In this document: positions 40,753-52,006 of the stretch, piece by piece
Position numbering within the stretch: position 1 is the stretch's first letter
Layout of the letters: every line of letters starts with the position of its first letter
Source: Candidatus Oxydemutatoraceae bacterium
Lineage (GTDB): Bacteria > Pseudomonadota > Gammaproteobacteria > Poriferisulfidales > Oxydemutatoraceae
Direction: 5' to 3'
Assembly (NCBI GenBank): GCA_965220085.1
Contig: CBDCOZ010000003.1
Coordinates: forward strand, 832,001 to 896,000
DNA length: 64,000 nucleotides
The notes under the pieces: model-generated
Seen by the model: only the letters and a program-made list of their open reading frames with translations
Database searches by the model: none
What the model was told of the DNA's origin: nothing
Program-made: the position numbers and the translations under genes

Positions 40753-41605
40753 CATTTTTCTTGAACAAGCGCGTGTTGTTTCGCAGCGCGCTTTTGCCGG
40801 CGAACAATATGTCTTGAAGTTGCATGCGCCGCGCATAGCGGCGACAGCGGCGGCCGGTCAATTTATCCATGTTCGCTGCGGTGATGAGATACCTTTGCGG
40901 CGGCCGTATTCGCTCATGTCGGCGGATCAAGACGGCACGGCGGAGATATTGTATAAGGCTTCCGGCGCGGGCAGTCGCTTGCTCTCGGCGAAGTCGGCGG
41001 CGGATGAATTGAGCTGTTTGGGGCCGATAGGCAATGGTTTTGAATTGCATCCGAAGCGTCCATATGTATTGCTCATAGGCGGCGGTGTGGGCATTCCGCC
41101 GATGATATTTCTGGCACAAAGCGCGCACGGATGCGGCGGCTATCGCCCGATCGTGATGGCAGGGTCCGAGTTGCCTTTCCCTTTTGATCTGATGCCTTCT
41201 GCGTTGGCGGTTGCCGGTTGCGAGCCCGCCGCTATGACGATACGCTCGCTTGAGCAAGCGGCCATACCCGCCCGTCTTGCGAGTCGGCAAGGTTTCGCCG
41301 GCTGCTATGACGGCTATGTTGACGGCCTGGCGCGGCAATGGCTGAACGCAACCGATGCCCCCGCGGAGCAAATAGAACTCTTTGCTTGTGGTCCGCCGGC
41401 GATGCTGATGAGTGTCGGTCGCTTGGCGGCCGATTTTAATCTGCCGTGTCAGTTGGCTGTGGAAGAATATATGGCTTGTGCTGTCGGCGGTTGCGCGGGT
41501 TGCACGATTCCGGTTGTCAGTCGGGGGCGCAAAGCGATGCGGCGGGTTTGTGTTGACGGCCCCGTATTCTATGCGCACGAAGTGTTTCCAGACCTGTTTA
41601 AGTGA
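40739..41605 (+). CDS. pyrK: Dihydroorotate dehydrogenase electron-transfer subunit
   Basis: LRRPYS, GGGVGIPP, ACGP, MACAVGGCAGC...RVCVDGPVF. Confidence 0.87.
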   Translation: MKRGSIFLEQARVVSQRAFAGEQYVLKLHAPRIAATAAAGQFIHVRCGDEIPLRRPYSLMSADQDGTAEILYKASGAGSRLLSAKSAADELSCLGPIGNGFELHPKRPYVLLIGGGVGIPPMIFLAQSAHGCGGYRPIVMAGSELPFPFDLMPSALAVAGCEPAAMTIRSLEQAAIPARLASRQGFAGCYDGYVDGLARQWLNATDAPAEQIELFACGPPAMLMSVGRLAADFNLPCQLAVEEYMACAVGGCAGCTIPVVSRGRKAMRRVCVDGPVFYAHEVFPDLFK

Positions 41606-42291
41606 TTGATTTGACGGATAATTTTGAGCGGGCGCGATGCCGGATTGCGGATGCTCAAAGGCGTTTTGGTCGCAAGCCGGGCAGCGTCAGCCTGCTGGCG
41701 GTCAGCAAATTTCACGGTGTCGATGCCGTCGCCGCCGCGGTCGCCGCGGGGCAACGGTGTTTTGCGGAGAATTATCTGCAAGAACTGCGGAGCAAATCCG
41801 CGGCGCTGACAGAGTTGTTTCCGGACACATCTATCGCGTGGCACTTTACCGGAAAGATTCAGAGCAAGAAAGCGCGCGGCATTGCAACATTATGCGATTG
41901 GGCGCATAGCGTCGATCGCATAGAGGTTGCGCGCAAGTTGAGCGAATGCCGCAGCGCCGCGCGCCCTTTGAATGTTTGTATCCAAGTCAATCTTGATAAC
42001 GAGGAAGGCAAGTCGGGCGCGCTGCCGGATGATCTGGAAGCGTTGGTTCGTGAGACCGCAACCTTGCCAAACCTCTGCGCGCGCGGATTGATGGCGATTC
42101 CCAAGCCGCGACAAAGGTTTGCCGGTCAGCGCGAGAGCTTCGCAAGGTTGCGCAAGCTGTTTGCCGCCCTGCAACCGGGCAACCCGTCGTGGGATACGTT
42201 GTCCATGGGTATGAGCGCGGATTTTGAAGCGGCGATTGCCGAAGGGGCGACGATAGTCAGGGTCGGAACGGCGTTATTTGGTCAGCGCTGA
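41602..42291 (+). CDS. yggS: PLP homeostasis protein
   Basis: LAVSK, ENYLQE, GLMAIP, LSMGMSADF, VRVGTALFG. Confidence 0.95.
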   Translation: MIDLTDNFERARCRIADAQRRFGRKPGSVSLLAVSKFHGVDAVAAAVAAGQRCFAENYLQELRSKSAALTELFPDTSIAWHFTGKIQSKKARGIATLCDWAHSVDRIEVARKLSECRSAARPLNVCIQVNLDNEEGKSGALPDDLEALVRETATLPNLCARGLMAIPKPRQRFAGQRESFARLRKLFAALQPGNPSWDTLSMGMSADFEAAIAEGATIVRVGTALFGQR

Positions 42292-42355
42292 GTCGCAAGC
42301 GCTTGCAGTACCGCGCATGCATTGAGCGCTTGTGCTTGCGCTTGTCGCAAGGCGC

Positions 42356-42628
42356 TTAGAATAACCTCTTGCGGATGATGATGCCGGCCGTCATGTTCTT
42401 GAGCAGCGACAGCGTCGTATGCCATACCGAGTCGGTTTCGTTGAGCAAAGCCGCAAAGTCATCCCCAAGCGCGTTTGCCAGCTCTTTCACACGTCCTGCT
42501 CGCAACGTGCGCGGCGGGTGTTCGGATGACTTGTTCGGCAAATCTTCTTCCAGCCATAGCAAGCACATTTCTATTTTGAACAGTGTTGCAAGAGTCTCTT
42601 GTATGGGCGGAGACATAGTATTTGCCAT
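42356..42628 (-). CDS. Hypothetical protein
   Basis: 90-aa ORF starting 1 bp after the pyrR stop. Confidence 0.5.
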   Translation of the reverse strand: MANTMSPPIQETLATLFKIEMCLLWLEEDLPNKSSEHPPRTLRAGRVKELANALGDDFAALLNETDSVWHTTLSLLKNMTAGIIIRKRLF

Positions 42629-42629
42629 G

Positions 42630-43151
42630 TCAATTCGCGCCGTCGTCATCGGCTTTGATGATTTCAATGCCGAGCCGGTCGGGCCCGCGCAACTTGATTT
42701 GTTCGTCGCGGCCGAGGGTTATATCGGCGCCGCGGATATCGGCGGCGACCGGCATTTCCCGTCCCCTGCGGTTAATGAGCACGGCGAGGGTAATCGCGGC
42801 GGGACGTCCGTAGTCGGCGATTTCATTGAGCGCCGCGCAGATGGTGCGTCCCGTATGCAATACGTCATCGACGAGAATGATATGTTGATTGTTGAGGTCG
42901 CTTTTTATGACGGACGGTTTGACCCGGGGATATAACCCGATACGGCTGAAATCGTCGCGATAGAAGTTAATGTCCAGGATGCCCGGTTCTTTTTTCAGTC
43001 CCAATTCCCGATGCAGTCGCTGCGCAATCCATACCCCTCCGGTGCGGATGCCAATCATGACCGGGTCCGCAGCCGAGAGTTTCCGTTCGGCCATCAGCGA
43101 CCGCAGATCGCCCGCCATTTTTTCAATGAGTTCTTCGGCTTGTGTATTCAT
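42630..43151 (-). CDS. pyrR: PyrR / uracil phosphoribosyltransferase
   Basis: GIRTGG, LDINFYRDD, LVDDVLHTGRT. Confidence 0.93.
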   Translation of the reverse strand: MNTQAEELIEKMAGDLRSLMAERKLSAADPVMIGIRTGGVWIAQRLHRELGLKKEPGILDINFYRDDFSRIGLYPRVKPSVIKSDLNNQHIILVDDVLHTGRTICAALNEIADYGRPAAITLAVLINRRGREMPVAADIRGADITLGRDEQIKLRGPDRLGIEIIKADDDGAN

Positions 43152-43588
43152 CTGTTTTTTTTGCGCCGGGCGCTATGCAGCCAGGATTCAAGTATCAGGC
43201 ACGCCGCAATTTTGTCTATGTCGGCTTTTTCGATTTTATCACGCAGCTTATTTTGCCGTTGTCGCTTCAGAATACTTTTTGCTTCGCAGGAGGAGTACGC
43301 TTCGTCCGTCGCGACTACCGGCAGGTCAAATTGTTTTTTGAGATACGCGCTAAAGCGGCTGATTCCGTCGAGTAGCGCGGGCGGCGAATCATCGGCGGGG
43401 CGGCCGACAACGATCGTTTGCGGTTGCCAGCGGTCTATCAACCGCGCTATTTGCCCGTGTTCGGGCGCGCCTCTGTGACAGCGCAAGGTCGTCAACGGGT
43501 GCGGGATAGCGGTTTCCAGATTTGCCATCGCCACTCCGATGCGGGCGAGTCCGAAGTCAAAGCATAAGACATTGCCTGTGTCTGTCAT
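43148..43588 (-). CDS. ruvX: YqgF/RuvX pre-16S rRNA nuclease
   Basis: FDFGLARIGVA, VVGRP, DEAYSS, IDKIAACLIL. Confidence 0.92.
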   Translation of the reverse strand: MTDTGNVLCFDFGLARIGVAMANLETAIPHPLTTLRCHRGAPEHGQIARLIDRWQPQTIVVGRPADDSPPALLDGISRFSAYLKKQFDLPVVATDEAYSSCEAKSILKRQRQNKLRDKIEKADIDKIAACLILESWLHSARRKKNR

Positions 43589-44562
43589 TTTTTGAGCAGG
43601 TCCGAGATGGCCGCTATGACATCGGCGCAGACATCGCATCCGGTAGCGGCGGTAATCTCTCTGGCGCACGTGGGGCTGGTGACATTGATCTCGGTCAACT
43701 TTCCGTCTATGACATCAATGCCGACAAAAAGCAAACCGAGTTCTTTTAGCCGCGGGGCGATCGTTTGGCATATGTCGCGATCGCGCGCGGTCAGTTCGAC
43801 GACTTCCCCGCGCCCGCCGGCGGCGAGGTTGGCGCGCAATTCGCCCGCCTTGGGAATACGGTTCAGCGCATAGGGCACGGGGTTGCCGTTAATCAGGAGT
43901 ATGCGCTTGTCGCCTTTGTGGTATCCGGCTATCAATCGTTGCATCATCACGCTGCGTGTTTCGTTGCGGCACATATCGGCAATCAGATGAGACGCATTGG
44001 CGTCGTCGCTTTTGATTCGAAACACAGAATGTCCTCCCATGTTATCCAGCGGTTTGATGACCGTATCTTTGTGCGCATGAAGAAATGCGCGCAATTGTGC
44101 CGCGCTCCTGCTAACGATTGTCGGCGCCGACAACTGCGGGAATTCCTGTGTCAATATCTTCTCGTTCGCCGACAGGATGCCGGTCGGGTTGTTGACGACC
44201 GGACAATTCGCGCGCATGGCATATTCCAGTATCCGGCACGTGTAGAGATACTCGGTATCCACCGGGGGGTCTTTGCGCATCAGGATGACATCTTGAGAGC
44301 TCAGTTCAAGTTTTTGCCGGTCGCCGAAACAGAACCAACTGTTCGTGTCCAAAGAGACTTCGAGCGGCCGCGCATATCCGAACGCCCGCCCGCTGTCCAA
44401 ATATAACTCTTGATAATCAAAATAGAATAACCGCCAGCCCCTTTGCCGGGCGGCGAACAGCAACCCCAGCGTCGTGTCTTTTTGCGGGCGGATGTCTTCG
44501 ATCGGGTCCATGATGACACCGAGCAAAGGTTTGTGGCGATTGTCGTTTGGCATGGCGGTCAT
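43585..44562 (-). CDS. gshB: Glutathione synthase
   Basis: MDPI, KDTT, MRKDPP, GDKRILL, RANLAAGG, EINVTSPT. Confidence 0.95.
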   Translation of the reverse strand: MTAMPNDNRHKPLLGVIMDPIEDIRPQKDTTLGLLFAARQRGWRLFYFDYQELYLDSGRAFGYARPLEVSLDTNSWFCFGDRQKLELSSQDVILMRKDPPVDTEYLYTCRILEYAMRANCPVVNNPTGILSANEKILTQEFPQLSAPTIVSRSAAQLRAFLHAHKDTVIKPLDNMGGHSVFRIKSDDANASHLIADMCRNETRSVMMQRLIAGYHKGDKRILLINGNPVPYALNRIPKAGELRANLAAGGRGEVVELTARDRDICQTIAPRLKELGLLFVGIDVIDGKLTEINVTSPTCAREITAATGCDVCADVIAAISDLLKK

Positions 44563-44621
44563 TTTAACCCAAGCGAGCGATTCGGCGCCGGAATGCTTTG
44601 CGGTTTTGGTAGAATGAGTCA

Positions 44622-46412
44622 ATGAATCATCTGCGAAATTTCTCAATCATTGCGCATATCGACCACGGCAAATCAACCCTTGCCGATCGTTTTATCGAGC
44701 TGTGCGGCGGCTTGAACAAACGCCAGATGAGCAATCAGGTTCTGGATTCTATGGACATAGAGCGCGAGCGCGGGATTACGATCAAAGCGCAGGCCGTGAT
44801 GCTTGAGTATCGGGCAAAAGACAATGCGATGTATCGGCTCAACATGATCGATACGCCGGGGCATGTTGATTTCGGCTACGAAGTGTCCCGTTCGTTGGCG
44901 GCTTGCGACGGCGCGTTGCTCGTCGTCGATGCATCGCAGGGAGTCGAAGCGCAAAGCATCGCCAATTGTTGGCAGGCGGTCGAGCAAGGGCTGGAGATTC
45001 TGCCGGTGCTGAATAAGATCGATCTGCCGGCGGCGGATCCGGAGCGGGTGAAGCGGGAGATAGAAGATTTGATCGGGGCGGATGTCGCCAATACGAGTTT
45101 GGTCAGCGCCAAGACCGGAGAAGGGGTGGGCGATTTGCTGGAGAGGATTGTGACGCGCATCCCCTCGCCGCAAGGCAATGCCGAAGGCGAGCTGAGGGCA
45201 TTGATCGTGGACTCCTGGTTTGACAGTTATGTCGGCGTTGTGATGTTGGTGCGCGTCGTCGACGGCGCGCTCGGCAAAGGAGAGCGCTTCGTCACGATGG
45301 CGCGCAAGACCAAGCGCCGTGTCGAGAGTCTCGGTGTGTTTACGCCCGAAGCCGTCGGTCGGGAGCGGCTGTGCGCGGGCGAGGTGGGCTTTGTCATCGC
45401 CGGCATCAAAGATATCAGCGTGGTCGCGGTCGGCGATACGCTGACCCGCGCCGATGCGCCGGCGGCTGCGCCGTTGCCGGGTTTCAAAACGATTCAGCCG
45501 CGGGTGTTTGCCGGATTCTATCCGAGCGATTCCGACGATTACAAAATCTTGCGCGATGCCTTGGGCAAACTGAGCCTGAATGACGCGTCTTTTAGTTACG
45601 AGGCCGAGACCTCGCAAGCCTTGGGCTTTGGTTTCCGTTGCGGTTTTCTCGGCATGCTGCATATGGAAGTCATACAAGACCGTCTTGAACGCGAGTACGG
45701 CAATTCGCTGGTGACCACCGCGCCGTCGGTCGTGTATCGCGCGCGCCTGACGGATGGCACGAGTATCCGCATCCGGAATCCGAATGAGTTGCCGCCGGCC
45801 AATACAATCCGCGAGATAGAAGAGCCGATGATCGCGGCGACCATTCTGACGCCGCAGGATTCTGTCGGCAAGGTGATGCGCTTGTGTATGGAAAGGCGCG
45901 GCGCGCAAAAGCATATCCGCTACGCCGGCAATCAGGTTTCGATAGATTTTGAGTTGCCGTTCAACGAAGTGGTGTTTGATTTTTTTGATCAATTGAAATC
46001 CTTGTCTCACGGTTATGCATCGTTTGACTATCAGATGTCCGGCTACCGTCCCGCGCCGTTGGTCAGGTTGGACATATTGATCAACGGCGAGGCGGTGGAC
46101 GCTTTGTCCGTTATCGCGCACAAGGACAAAGCGCAAACGATCGGCCGGGCGCTGGTTGAAAAGATGTCCGAAGCGATACCGCGGCAGATGTTTGATGTCG
46201 CGATTCAAGCCGCGATCGGATCGCGTGTCATTGCGCGGGCGACCACTCGCGCCTTGCGCAAAAACGTGACCGCAAAATGTTACGGCGGCGACATAACCCG
46301 CAAGCGCAAACTGTTAGAGAAACAAAAGGCCGGCAAAAAACGGATGAAGCAAGTCGGCAAGGTCGCCGTGCCGCAGGAAGCGTTTCTGGCGATATTGAAA
46401 GTGAATAAGTAG
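44622..46412 (+). CDS. lepA: Elongation factor 4
   Basis: [45 protein letters not shown]. Confidence 0.98.
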   Translation: MNHLRNFSIIAHIDHGKSTLADRFIELCGGLNKRQMSNQVLDSMDIERERGITIKAQAVMLEYRAKDNAMYRLNMIDTPGHVDFGYEVSRSLAACDGALLVVDASQGVEAQSIANCWQAVEQGLEILPVLNKIDLPAADPERVKREIEDLIGADVANTSLVSAKTGEGVGDLLERIVTRIPSPQGNAEGELRALIVDSWFDSYVGVVMLVRVVDGALGKGERFVTMARKTKRRVESLGVFTPEAVGRERLCAGEVGFVIAGIKDISVVAVGDTLTRADAPAAAPLPGFKTIQPRVFAGFYPSDSDDYKILRDALGKLSLNDASFSYEAETSQALGFGFRCGFLGMLHMEVIQDRLEREYGNSLVTTAPSVVYRARLTDGTSIRIRNPNELPPANTIREIEEPMIAATILTPQDSVGKVMRLCMERRGAQKHIRYAGNQVSIDFELPFNEVVFDFFDQLKSLSHGYASFDYQMSGYRPAPLVRLDILINGEAVDALSVIAHKDKAQTIGRALVEKMSEAIPRQMFDVAIQAAIGSRVIARATTRALRKNVTAKCYGGDITRKRKLLEKQKAGKKRMKQVGKVAVPQEAFLAILKVNK

Positions 46413-46416
46413 ACAG

Positions 46417-47325
46417 ATGTGTCGCATAACCGTTCTGTTGGTATCGCTGCTGTGGTGTTCTGCGCTGATGGCCGATGTGTTGGTTGTCACATTGCTCGGC
46501 ACGGGGACGCCGCGCCCGCAACCCGATCAGGGCAGTCAGGCGATATTGATTGAAGCGGGCAATCAGAAGTTGTTGTTTGATGCCGGCAGAGGCTCGGCGC
46601 AGCAATACATGCGGCTCGGCGCGGACTTTGCCGATTTGGACAAAGTATTTCTGACGCACTTGCATTATGACCATATCATCGGCTTGCCCGATGTGCTCTT
46701 GTCGGGCTGGCTCTTTCAAAGACGCTCGCCGCTGCAAGTGTGGGGAGGATACGGGGTCGCCGAGCATCTGGAACATATTGAGAAGGCCTACCGCGCCGAC
46801 ATAACTTGGCGCAGTCAACATTCCGCTTTGCCGACTCAGGCCGCCCGCTTTGTTCCTCGCGAAATCAAAGAGGCGGGTGTCGTCTATTCTCACGACGGGC
46901 TGAAAGTGACCGCTTTTCCGGTGGATCACAGTCCGGTCGAGCACGCTTTCGGTTACCGCATAGATTATCGCACACGCTCGGCGGTGATTTCCGGCGATAC
47001 GCGTTATTCCGATGCGCTGGTTGCGCATTCAAAGTCGGTCGATCTGCTGATTCACGAGTTTGCGGCGGTATCCGAGCCGTTGCGCCGCGCCAACAAGCGC
47101 TTGCAACGCGTGTACGATTACCATACGACCCCCGAGAGTTTGTTGCGAGTCGTCAAGCAGACAAAGCCTCGTTTGACCGTGCTGGTACACCGGCTCATCT
47201 TCGGTTTGAAGCCCGATGCGGTATTGCGCGACCTGCGCGATGCTTATGACGGCGAGATAATTTTTGGCAACGATCTGGATGCGTTTGATGTCGGCGATGG
47301 AATCAGAGCATACAGACGGGATTAG
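46417..47325 (+). CDS. Secreted MBL-fold hydrolase (RNase Z/arylsulfatase-like)
   Basis: Signal peptide, LLGTGTP, THLHYDH, ISGDT, YHT. Confidence 0.82.
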   Translation: MCRITVLLVSLLWCSALMADVLVVTLLGTGTPRPQPDQGSQAILIEAGNQKLLFDAGRGSAQQYMRLGADFADLDKVFLTHLHYDHIIGLPDVLLSGWLFQRRSPLQVWGGYGVAEHLEHIEKAYRADITWRSQHSALPTQAARFVPREIKEAGVVYSHDGLKVTAFPVDHSPVEHAFGYRIDYRTRSAVISGDTRYSDALVAHSKSVDLLIHEFAAVSEPLRRANKRLQRVYDYHTTPESLLRVVKQTKPRLTVLVHRLIFGLKPDAVLRDLRDAYDGEIIFGNDLDAFDVGDGIRAYRRD

Positions 47326-47334
47326 GGGCGCGGC

Positions 47335-48171
47335 ATGGCGCGGCTAGACGTATCACGCCCGCGGCTGATGGGCATACTCAATCTGACGCCGGATAGCTTT
47401 TCCGACGGCGGGGCTTTTAGCGGAATCGATGCGGCTCTGGCGCGGGTCGATGAGATGCTCGAGCAGGGGGCCGATATGATCGATGTCGGAGGAGAGTCGA
47501 CCCGCCCGCAGTCACAGCGCGTTCCGGCAGCGGAGCAGATACGGCGGATATGCGAGCCGATTGCGGCGATTACACAACGTCATCCGGATCTGTTGGTCAG
47601 CGCGGATACGACGCTTGCCGCGGTGGCCGCCGCCGCGTTTGATGCCGGCGCCGGCATGCTCAATGATATTTCCGCATTGCGCGATGACCCCGCGATGATC
47701 GGGTGGCTTGTCAAAAACGAGGCGCCGGTATGCTTGATGCATATGCAAGGCGCGCCGCAAACGATGCAAGACGCGCCGCGCTATGAGGATGTCGTCGCGG
47801 AAGTGTGCGCATTTCTGACCGAGCGCGCGCAGTTTGCCGAACAGAGCGGCGTGGCAAAAGAGCGTATCCTGATCGATCCCGGCATCGGCTTCGGCAAGAC
47901 AACCGAGCACAATCTGACGTTGATCGCGGCGCTGGATAAAATCGCGGCGCTCGGATGGCCGGTGTTGCTGGGCGCCAGTCGGAAACGTTTCATGGGACAT
48001 TTTTGCAAGGCTGATACGCCCGTCCGACGGGTGCCGGCGAGTTGTGCGACGACCGTGCTCGGCGCACTTGCGGGGGTGTCGGTGTTTCGGGCGCACGATG
48101 TCTGGCAACACCGTCAGGTGCTGGATTTGCTTGCGCGCGCCTTCCCCGAGGCGGACGGGCCGAAGCGTTAA
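47335..48171 (+). CDS. folP: Dihydropteroate synthase
   Basis: MGILNLTPDSFSDGG, GGESTRP, DPGIGFGK, GASRKRF. Confidence 0.96.
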   Translation: MARLDVSRPRLMGILNLTPDSFSDGGAFSGIDAALARVDEMLEQGADMIDVGGESTRPQSQRVPAAEQIRRICEPIAAITQRHPDLLVSADTTLAAVAAAAFDAGAGMLNDISALRDDPAMIGWLVKNEAPVCLMHMQGAPQTMQDAPRYEDVVAEVCAFLTERAQFAEQSGVAKERILIDPGIGFGKTTEHNLTLIAALDKIAALGWPVLLGASRKRFMGHFCKADTPVRRVPASCATTVLGALAGVSVFRAHDVWQHRQVLDLLARAFPEADGPKR

Positions 48172-48181
48172 TCCGGCGATG

Positions 48182-48823
48182 TTATGCCGCTTGCCGCGAG
48201 AGGTAGCGGCGAACCGCCGCCGCCGGATCAGCGCGCGCCAGAATTCCCGATGCGGCCGCGATCATGGTCACGCCGCAATCGAATACGCTCGCCGCGTGTT
48301 GCGCGGAGATTCCGCCGACGGCGCATACCGGTTTCTCAATGCGTCGGGCGTAATGGCGCAACGTGTTTAACGCGATCGGCGTTGCGCCCGGTTTGGTCGG
48401 CGAGTCAAACACCGCGCCGAATGAGACATAATCGGCGCCGTCCCGACACGCTTGTTGCGCGCATTCAAGCGAGGCATAGCACGAGGCGCCGATGATGGCG
48501 TGTTTGCCGAGCAGCCCGCGGGCTTTGTCAATCGGCATGTCTTCCCGTCCCAGATGCGCGCCGGCGGCGCCGACCGCGCGCGCGATGTCGACATCATCGT
48601 TGATCAGCAGGGGCACTTCCAAGCGCGAACACAGCGCTTGCAATGCTTCGGCGGCGCGGAGCTTGTCGTCAAACGATGAGCGCTTGTCGCGGAACTGAAT
48701 CAGTCCGACCCCCGCTGTGACGACCGACCGAATAACCTGTGTTTGTGTGGCGGCAGACAGGCAATGTGTGTCGGCAATCAAACACAGCTTGGGCAAACTA
48801 TGTTTTTTCTGAGAAGCGCTCAT
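48182..48823 (-). CDS. thiE: Thiamine phosphate synthase
   Basis: QFRDK, INDD, GAHLG, IGASC, SPTK, AVGGI. Confidence 0.93.
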   Translation of the reverse strand: MSASQKKHSLPKLCLIADTHCLSAATQTQVIRSVVTAGVGLIQFRDKRSSFDDKLRAAEALQALCSRLEVPLLINDDVDIARAVGAAGAHLGREDMPIDKARGLLGKHAIIGASCYASLECAQQACRDGADYVSFGAVFDSPTKPGATPIALNTLRHYARRIEKPVCAVGGISAQHAASVFDCGVTMIAAASGILARADPAAAVRRYLSRQAA

Positions 48824-49586
48824 CGTATGTTTTCACGGCTGCGACGGCATGCAGATAGCAATACGTAAACTCAACGGCTTCGGCGGCGGCGGCAACGGTC
48901 GTGCGGTCGGCGGCGAGGAAGCAGGCAATGGCGGCGGCCAAAGCGCAACCGCTGCCGTGGTAGCGTCCCGGCAGACGCTTACAAGCGATAGGCAGCGGGC
49001 TTTGGCGGCGGCGATAGAGTTTGTGTGTCAGCGTGTCGGCGCTTTTTTCTTCGCCGGTGATCAGCGCCGCTTCGCATCCTTGTGTCAACATCTCGCTCGC
49101 TATATCGCCCGCATCCGCGGCATCCGGGACGAGTCGTTGCGCTTCGGCGAGGTTGGGTGTTGCGATTGTCGCAAGCGGCAGCAGGCGATCAAACAACGCG
49201 GCGATCGTCGCATCATCGCAAAATTGATAACCGTTGCCGGAGCGGATAACCGGGTCCAGCACCACGCGCATATCGGGATGCACACAGAGCTTGTCATGCA
49301 ATTTGTCGGCGAGGATATCGATTAATCCGCTGTCCGGAATCAGCCCGATCTTGAGCGCATCGATTTCATAGCTTGTCATCAGCGTGTCGAGTTGGCTTGC
49401 AAACAATGCCGGATCGACCGGCGCACATTGCTCGACGACACATTCGTTTTGCACCGTGTGGCAACTTAAGGCCCCGAGTATCCGGCAGTTTAGCGAAACA
49501 GCGACTCGGGCATCGGCAATCAGTCCGGCGCCGCCGCCGGGGTCAAGCCCCGATACAAACAAAATGGTTGGCTGAGAATTTTCCAT
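48798..49586 (-). CDS. thiD: Hydroxymethylpyrimidine/phosphomethylpyrimidine kinase
   Basis: [29 protein letters not shown]. Confidence 0.9.
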   Translation of the reverse strand: MENSQPTILFVSGLDPGGGAGLIADARVAVSLNCRILGALSCHTVQNECVVEQCAPVDPALFASQLDTLMTSYEIDALKIGLIPDSGLIDILADKLHDKLCVHPDMRVVLDPVIRSGNGYQFCDDATIAALFDRLLPLATIATPNLAEAQRLVPDAADAGDIASEMLTQGCEAALITGEEKSADTLTHKLYRRRQSPLPIACKRLPGRYHGSGCALAAAIACFLAADRTTVAAAAEAVEFTYCYLHAVAAVKTYDERFSEKT

Positions 49587-49639
49587 TGCCGCAAATGGTC
49601 ATTATAATATCTCTTTTCATACTTGAATGGTTTATGCAT

Positions 49640-49810
49640 ATGGAATACAAGCGATATATATGCGTCGTGTGCGGATGGACATATGACGAAGAAAAGGGCG
49701 CGCCGGAAGACGGCATCGCGCCCGGCACAAAGTGGGAAGATGTTCCGCCCGGCTGGAGTTGCCCCGACTGCGGCGCTTCAAAGGACGACTTTGAGATGGC
49801 AGAGATATGA
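49640..49810 (+). CDS. Rubredoxin
   Basis: CVVCGWTYD...WSCPDCG. Confidence 0.93.
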   Translation: MEYKRYICVVCGWTYDEEKGAPEDGIAPGTKWEDVPPGWSCPDCGASKDDFEMAEI

Positions 49811-49838
49811 GCGCCTTGGTGTCGCGGGGGAGCGTCCG

Positions 49839-50783
49839 ATGTCTGTCTTAGTCTGCGGTTCGGTCGCATACGATAACATTATGGTCTTTGACGACCGTTT
49901 CAAAAATCATATCCTGCCCGATCAGATTCACATCCTGAATGTCTCCTTTCTGGTTCCCAAGATGCGTCAACAGTATGGCGGTTGCGCCGGTAACATCGTC
50001 TATGGCCTGAGTTTGCTTGGTTGCGAAGCGCATGCGATGGCGACGGTCGGCAAAGATTTTTCCGCCTATGCGCGGTGGTTGGAGAGCAGGGGTATCAGCC
50101 GCAAGTATTTGCGTGTCATTGAAGACGAGCATACCGCGCAGGCATTCATCATTACCGATCTGGACGATAACCAGATCATCGCTTTTCATCCCGGCGCGAT
50201 GAACCGTTGCCACGTCAACACGGTGCCAAAGGATGCCGCTATCCGCATCGGGCTGATTTCGCCCGAGGGCCGGGAGGGGATGCTCGCCCACGCCGAACAG
50301 TTTGCCGAAGCGGGGGTTCCGATTTTCTTTGATCCGGGGCAGGGCTTGTCGATGTTTGACGGCGCGGAACTGAATACATTTATCGACAGGGCCGATTGGA
50401 TCGCTTGCAATGATTACGAGGCGCGGATTCTTTGCGAGCGCACCGGCGAAACATTAGAGCGGTTGGCCAAGAGGGTGCGCGCCTTGATCGTCACATTGGG
50501 CGGCAAGGGCTCCAGAATCTATCATGCCGGCGGTGTGGCGGAAATACCCGTGGCACAGCCGGAGGCGATTCGTGATCCGACCGGTTGCGGCGATGCCTAT
50601 CGCGCCGGCTTGATCTATGGTCTTGCCAATGACATCGATTGGGAGACGACCGGGCGCATCGCCTCGTTGATGGGGGCTTTCAAAGTCGAATGTTCCGGCG
50701 GGCAGGGCTATCGCTTTGCCGTTGCCGAATTCGGCGAGCGTTATGAGAAGGCCTTCAAGCGTTCGCTCGGCATCAGTCTGTAA
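49839..50783 (+). CDS. PfkB family carbohydrate/nucleoside kinase
   Basis: GSVAYD, GGCAGN, FDPGQ, NDYE, DPTGCGDAYRAG. Confidence 0.9.
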   Translation: MSVLVCGSVAYDNIMVFDDRFKNHILPDQIHILNVSFLVPKMRQQYGGCAGNIVYGLSLLGCEAHAMATVGKDFSAYARWLESRGISRKYLRVIEDEHTAQAFIITDLDDNQIIAFHPGAMNRCHVNTVPKDAAIRIGLISPEGREGMLAHAEQFAEAGVPIFFDPGQGLSMFDGAELNTFIDRADWIACNDYEARILCERTGETLERLAKRVRALIVTLGGKGSRIYHAGGVAEIPVAQPEAIRDPTGCGDAYRAGLIYGLANDIDWETTGRIASLMGAFKVECSGGQGYRFAVAEFGERYEKAFKRSLGISL

Positions 50784-50784
50784 G

Positions 50785-51441
50785 CTATGGAACGGAAATC
50801 ATCCGCCAATCATATCGCGCGGCTTCTTTGACCAATCGCGCATCGCCGTTTACCACAACCGCATTATCGGCCCACTTGAGTGTCGCGAGGTCGTTGATGG
50901 AGTCGCTGTAAAACCAACTTTGGTCGTAGTTCGGTTTGTGCTCTTTTAACCATTGCTCAAGCCGTCGCAGTTTGCCTTCCGCAAAGCACGGGATGCCCGT
51001 TACCCGGCCGCTGAATTTGCCGCCGCTGTCGGTCTCGGCTTGGGTCGCGATGACGTGTTCGATGTCAAACAATCGGGCGATGGGTTTGACCAGAAAATCA
51101 ATCGTGGAACTGATGACGATGACATGATCGCCTTTGTCCGTGTGGGCGGCGACCAATTGCTTTGCTTGGGGCGTGACCATCGGCAGGATTTTCGTGTCTA
51201 TGAAAGCCCGCCGCCATGACAGCAACCGCTGTGTGTCGTTTTCCGCAAGCGCCTTGAGCACAAACCGGAGATAGGCGTTGATATCCAAGCGCGCGGCGCA
51301 ATAGTCGGCGTAGAACCGCTGATTCTCTTGTTTGTATTGCGCGGCGTCCGTCGCGCCGATTTCGCACAGGTAGTTGCCCCACTCATAATCGCTGTCGCCG
51401 GCGAGCAGGGTGTTGTCAAGGTCAAAGAGGGCCAAATCCAT
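50785..51441 (-). CDS. HAD-IB family hydrolase (histidinol phosphatase-like)
   Basis: LFDLDNTLLAGDSD, FYSDSIND. Confidence 0.88.
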   Translation of the reverse strand: MDLALFDLDNTLLAGDSDYEWGNYLCEIGATDAAQYKQENQRFYADYCAARLDINAYLRFVLKALAENDTQRLLSWRRAFIDTKILPMVTPQAKQLVAAHTDKGDHVIVISSTIDFLVKPIARLFDIEHVIATQAETDSGGKFSGRVTGIPCFAEGKLRRLEQWLKEHKPNYDQSWFYSDSINDLATLKWADNAVVVNGDARLVKEAARYDWRMISVP

Positions 51442-51485
51442 ATCTGTCTCTCGCGGTCAGCGGGTTTGTCGGGCGCGGCTTGTTC

Positions 51486-51950
51486 TCAAAAGGGTCGCAA
51501 CACCGCCAGCCAGATGATGACGATCAATGCGACAGTCGGTATTTCATTAAACCATCGATACCACACATGGCTGTGCGTATTGGCATCGTTGTCAAATGCT
51601 CTGAGCAATGACAAACACCAAATGTGAAATGCCGCCAACAGAGCGATGACGAACAGTTTTATGCCCAGCCACACGGGCATCCCGATCCCCCATGTCGGCG
51701 ATAGCATACAGAGCCCGAAGACGATGGTCAGGATCGCGCCCGGAGTCATGATGCCCCAAAACAGTTTTCGTTCCATGATCTTGAAACGCGCATTGCCTTC
51801 GGCATCGGCAGTCTGGGCGTGGTAGACAAACAGGCGCGGCAAGTAGAACAGGCCCGCAAACCAAGCGACCATGAACATCAGATGCAAGGCTTTGAGCCAG
51901 AGAAATATGGAATCCCGCATATTGAAATAAAGATTTTGTGCCGAACCCAT
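51486..51950 (-). CDS. hemJ: Protoporphyrinogen oxidase HemJ
   Basis: KALH, WFAGLFYLPRLFVYHA, MERKL, RWFNEIP. Confidence 0.93.
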   Translation of the reverse strand: MGSAQNLYFNMRDSIFLWLKALHLMFMVAWFAGLFYLPRLFVYHAQTADAEGNARFKIMERKLFWGIMTPGAILTIVFGLCMLSPTWGIGMPVWLGIKLFVIALLAAFHIWCLSLLRAFDNDANTHSHVWYRWFNEIPTVALIVIIWLAVLRPF

Positions 51951-52006
51951 AGTATGTCCGAAGCCGGCATTTTGTCAAAACCAACTTGAGGGTAAACTAT
52001 TCGGTT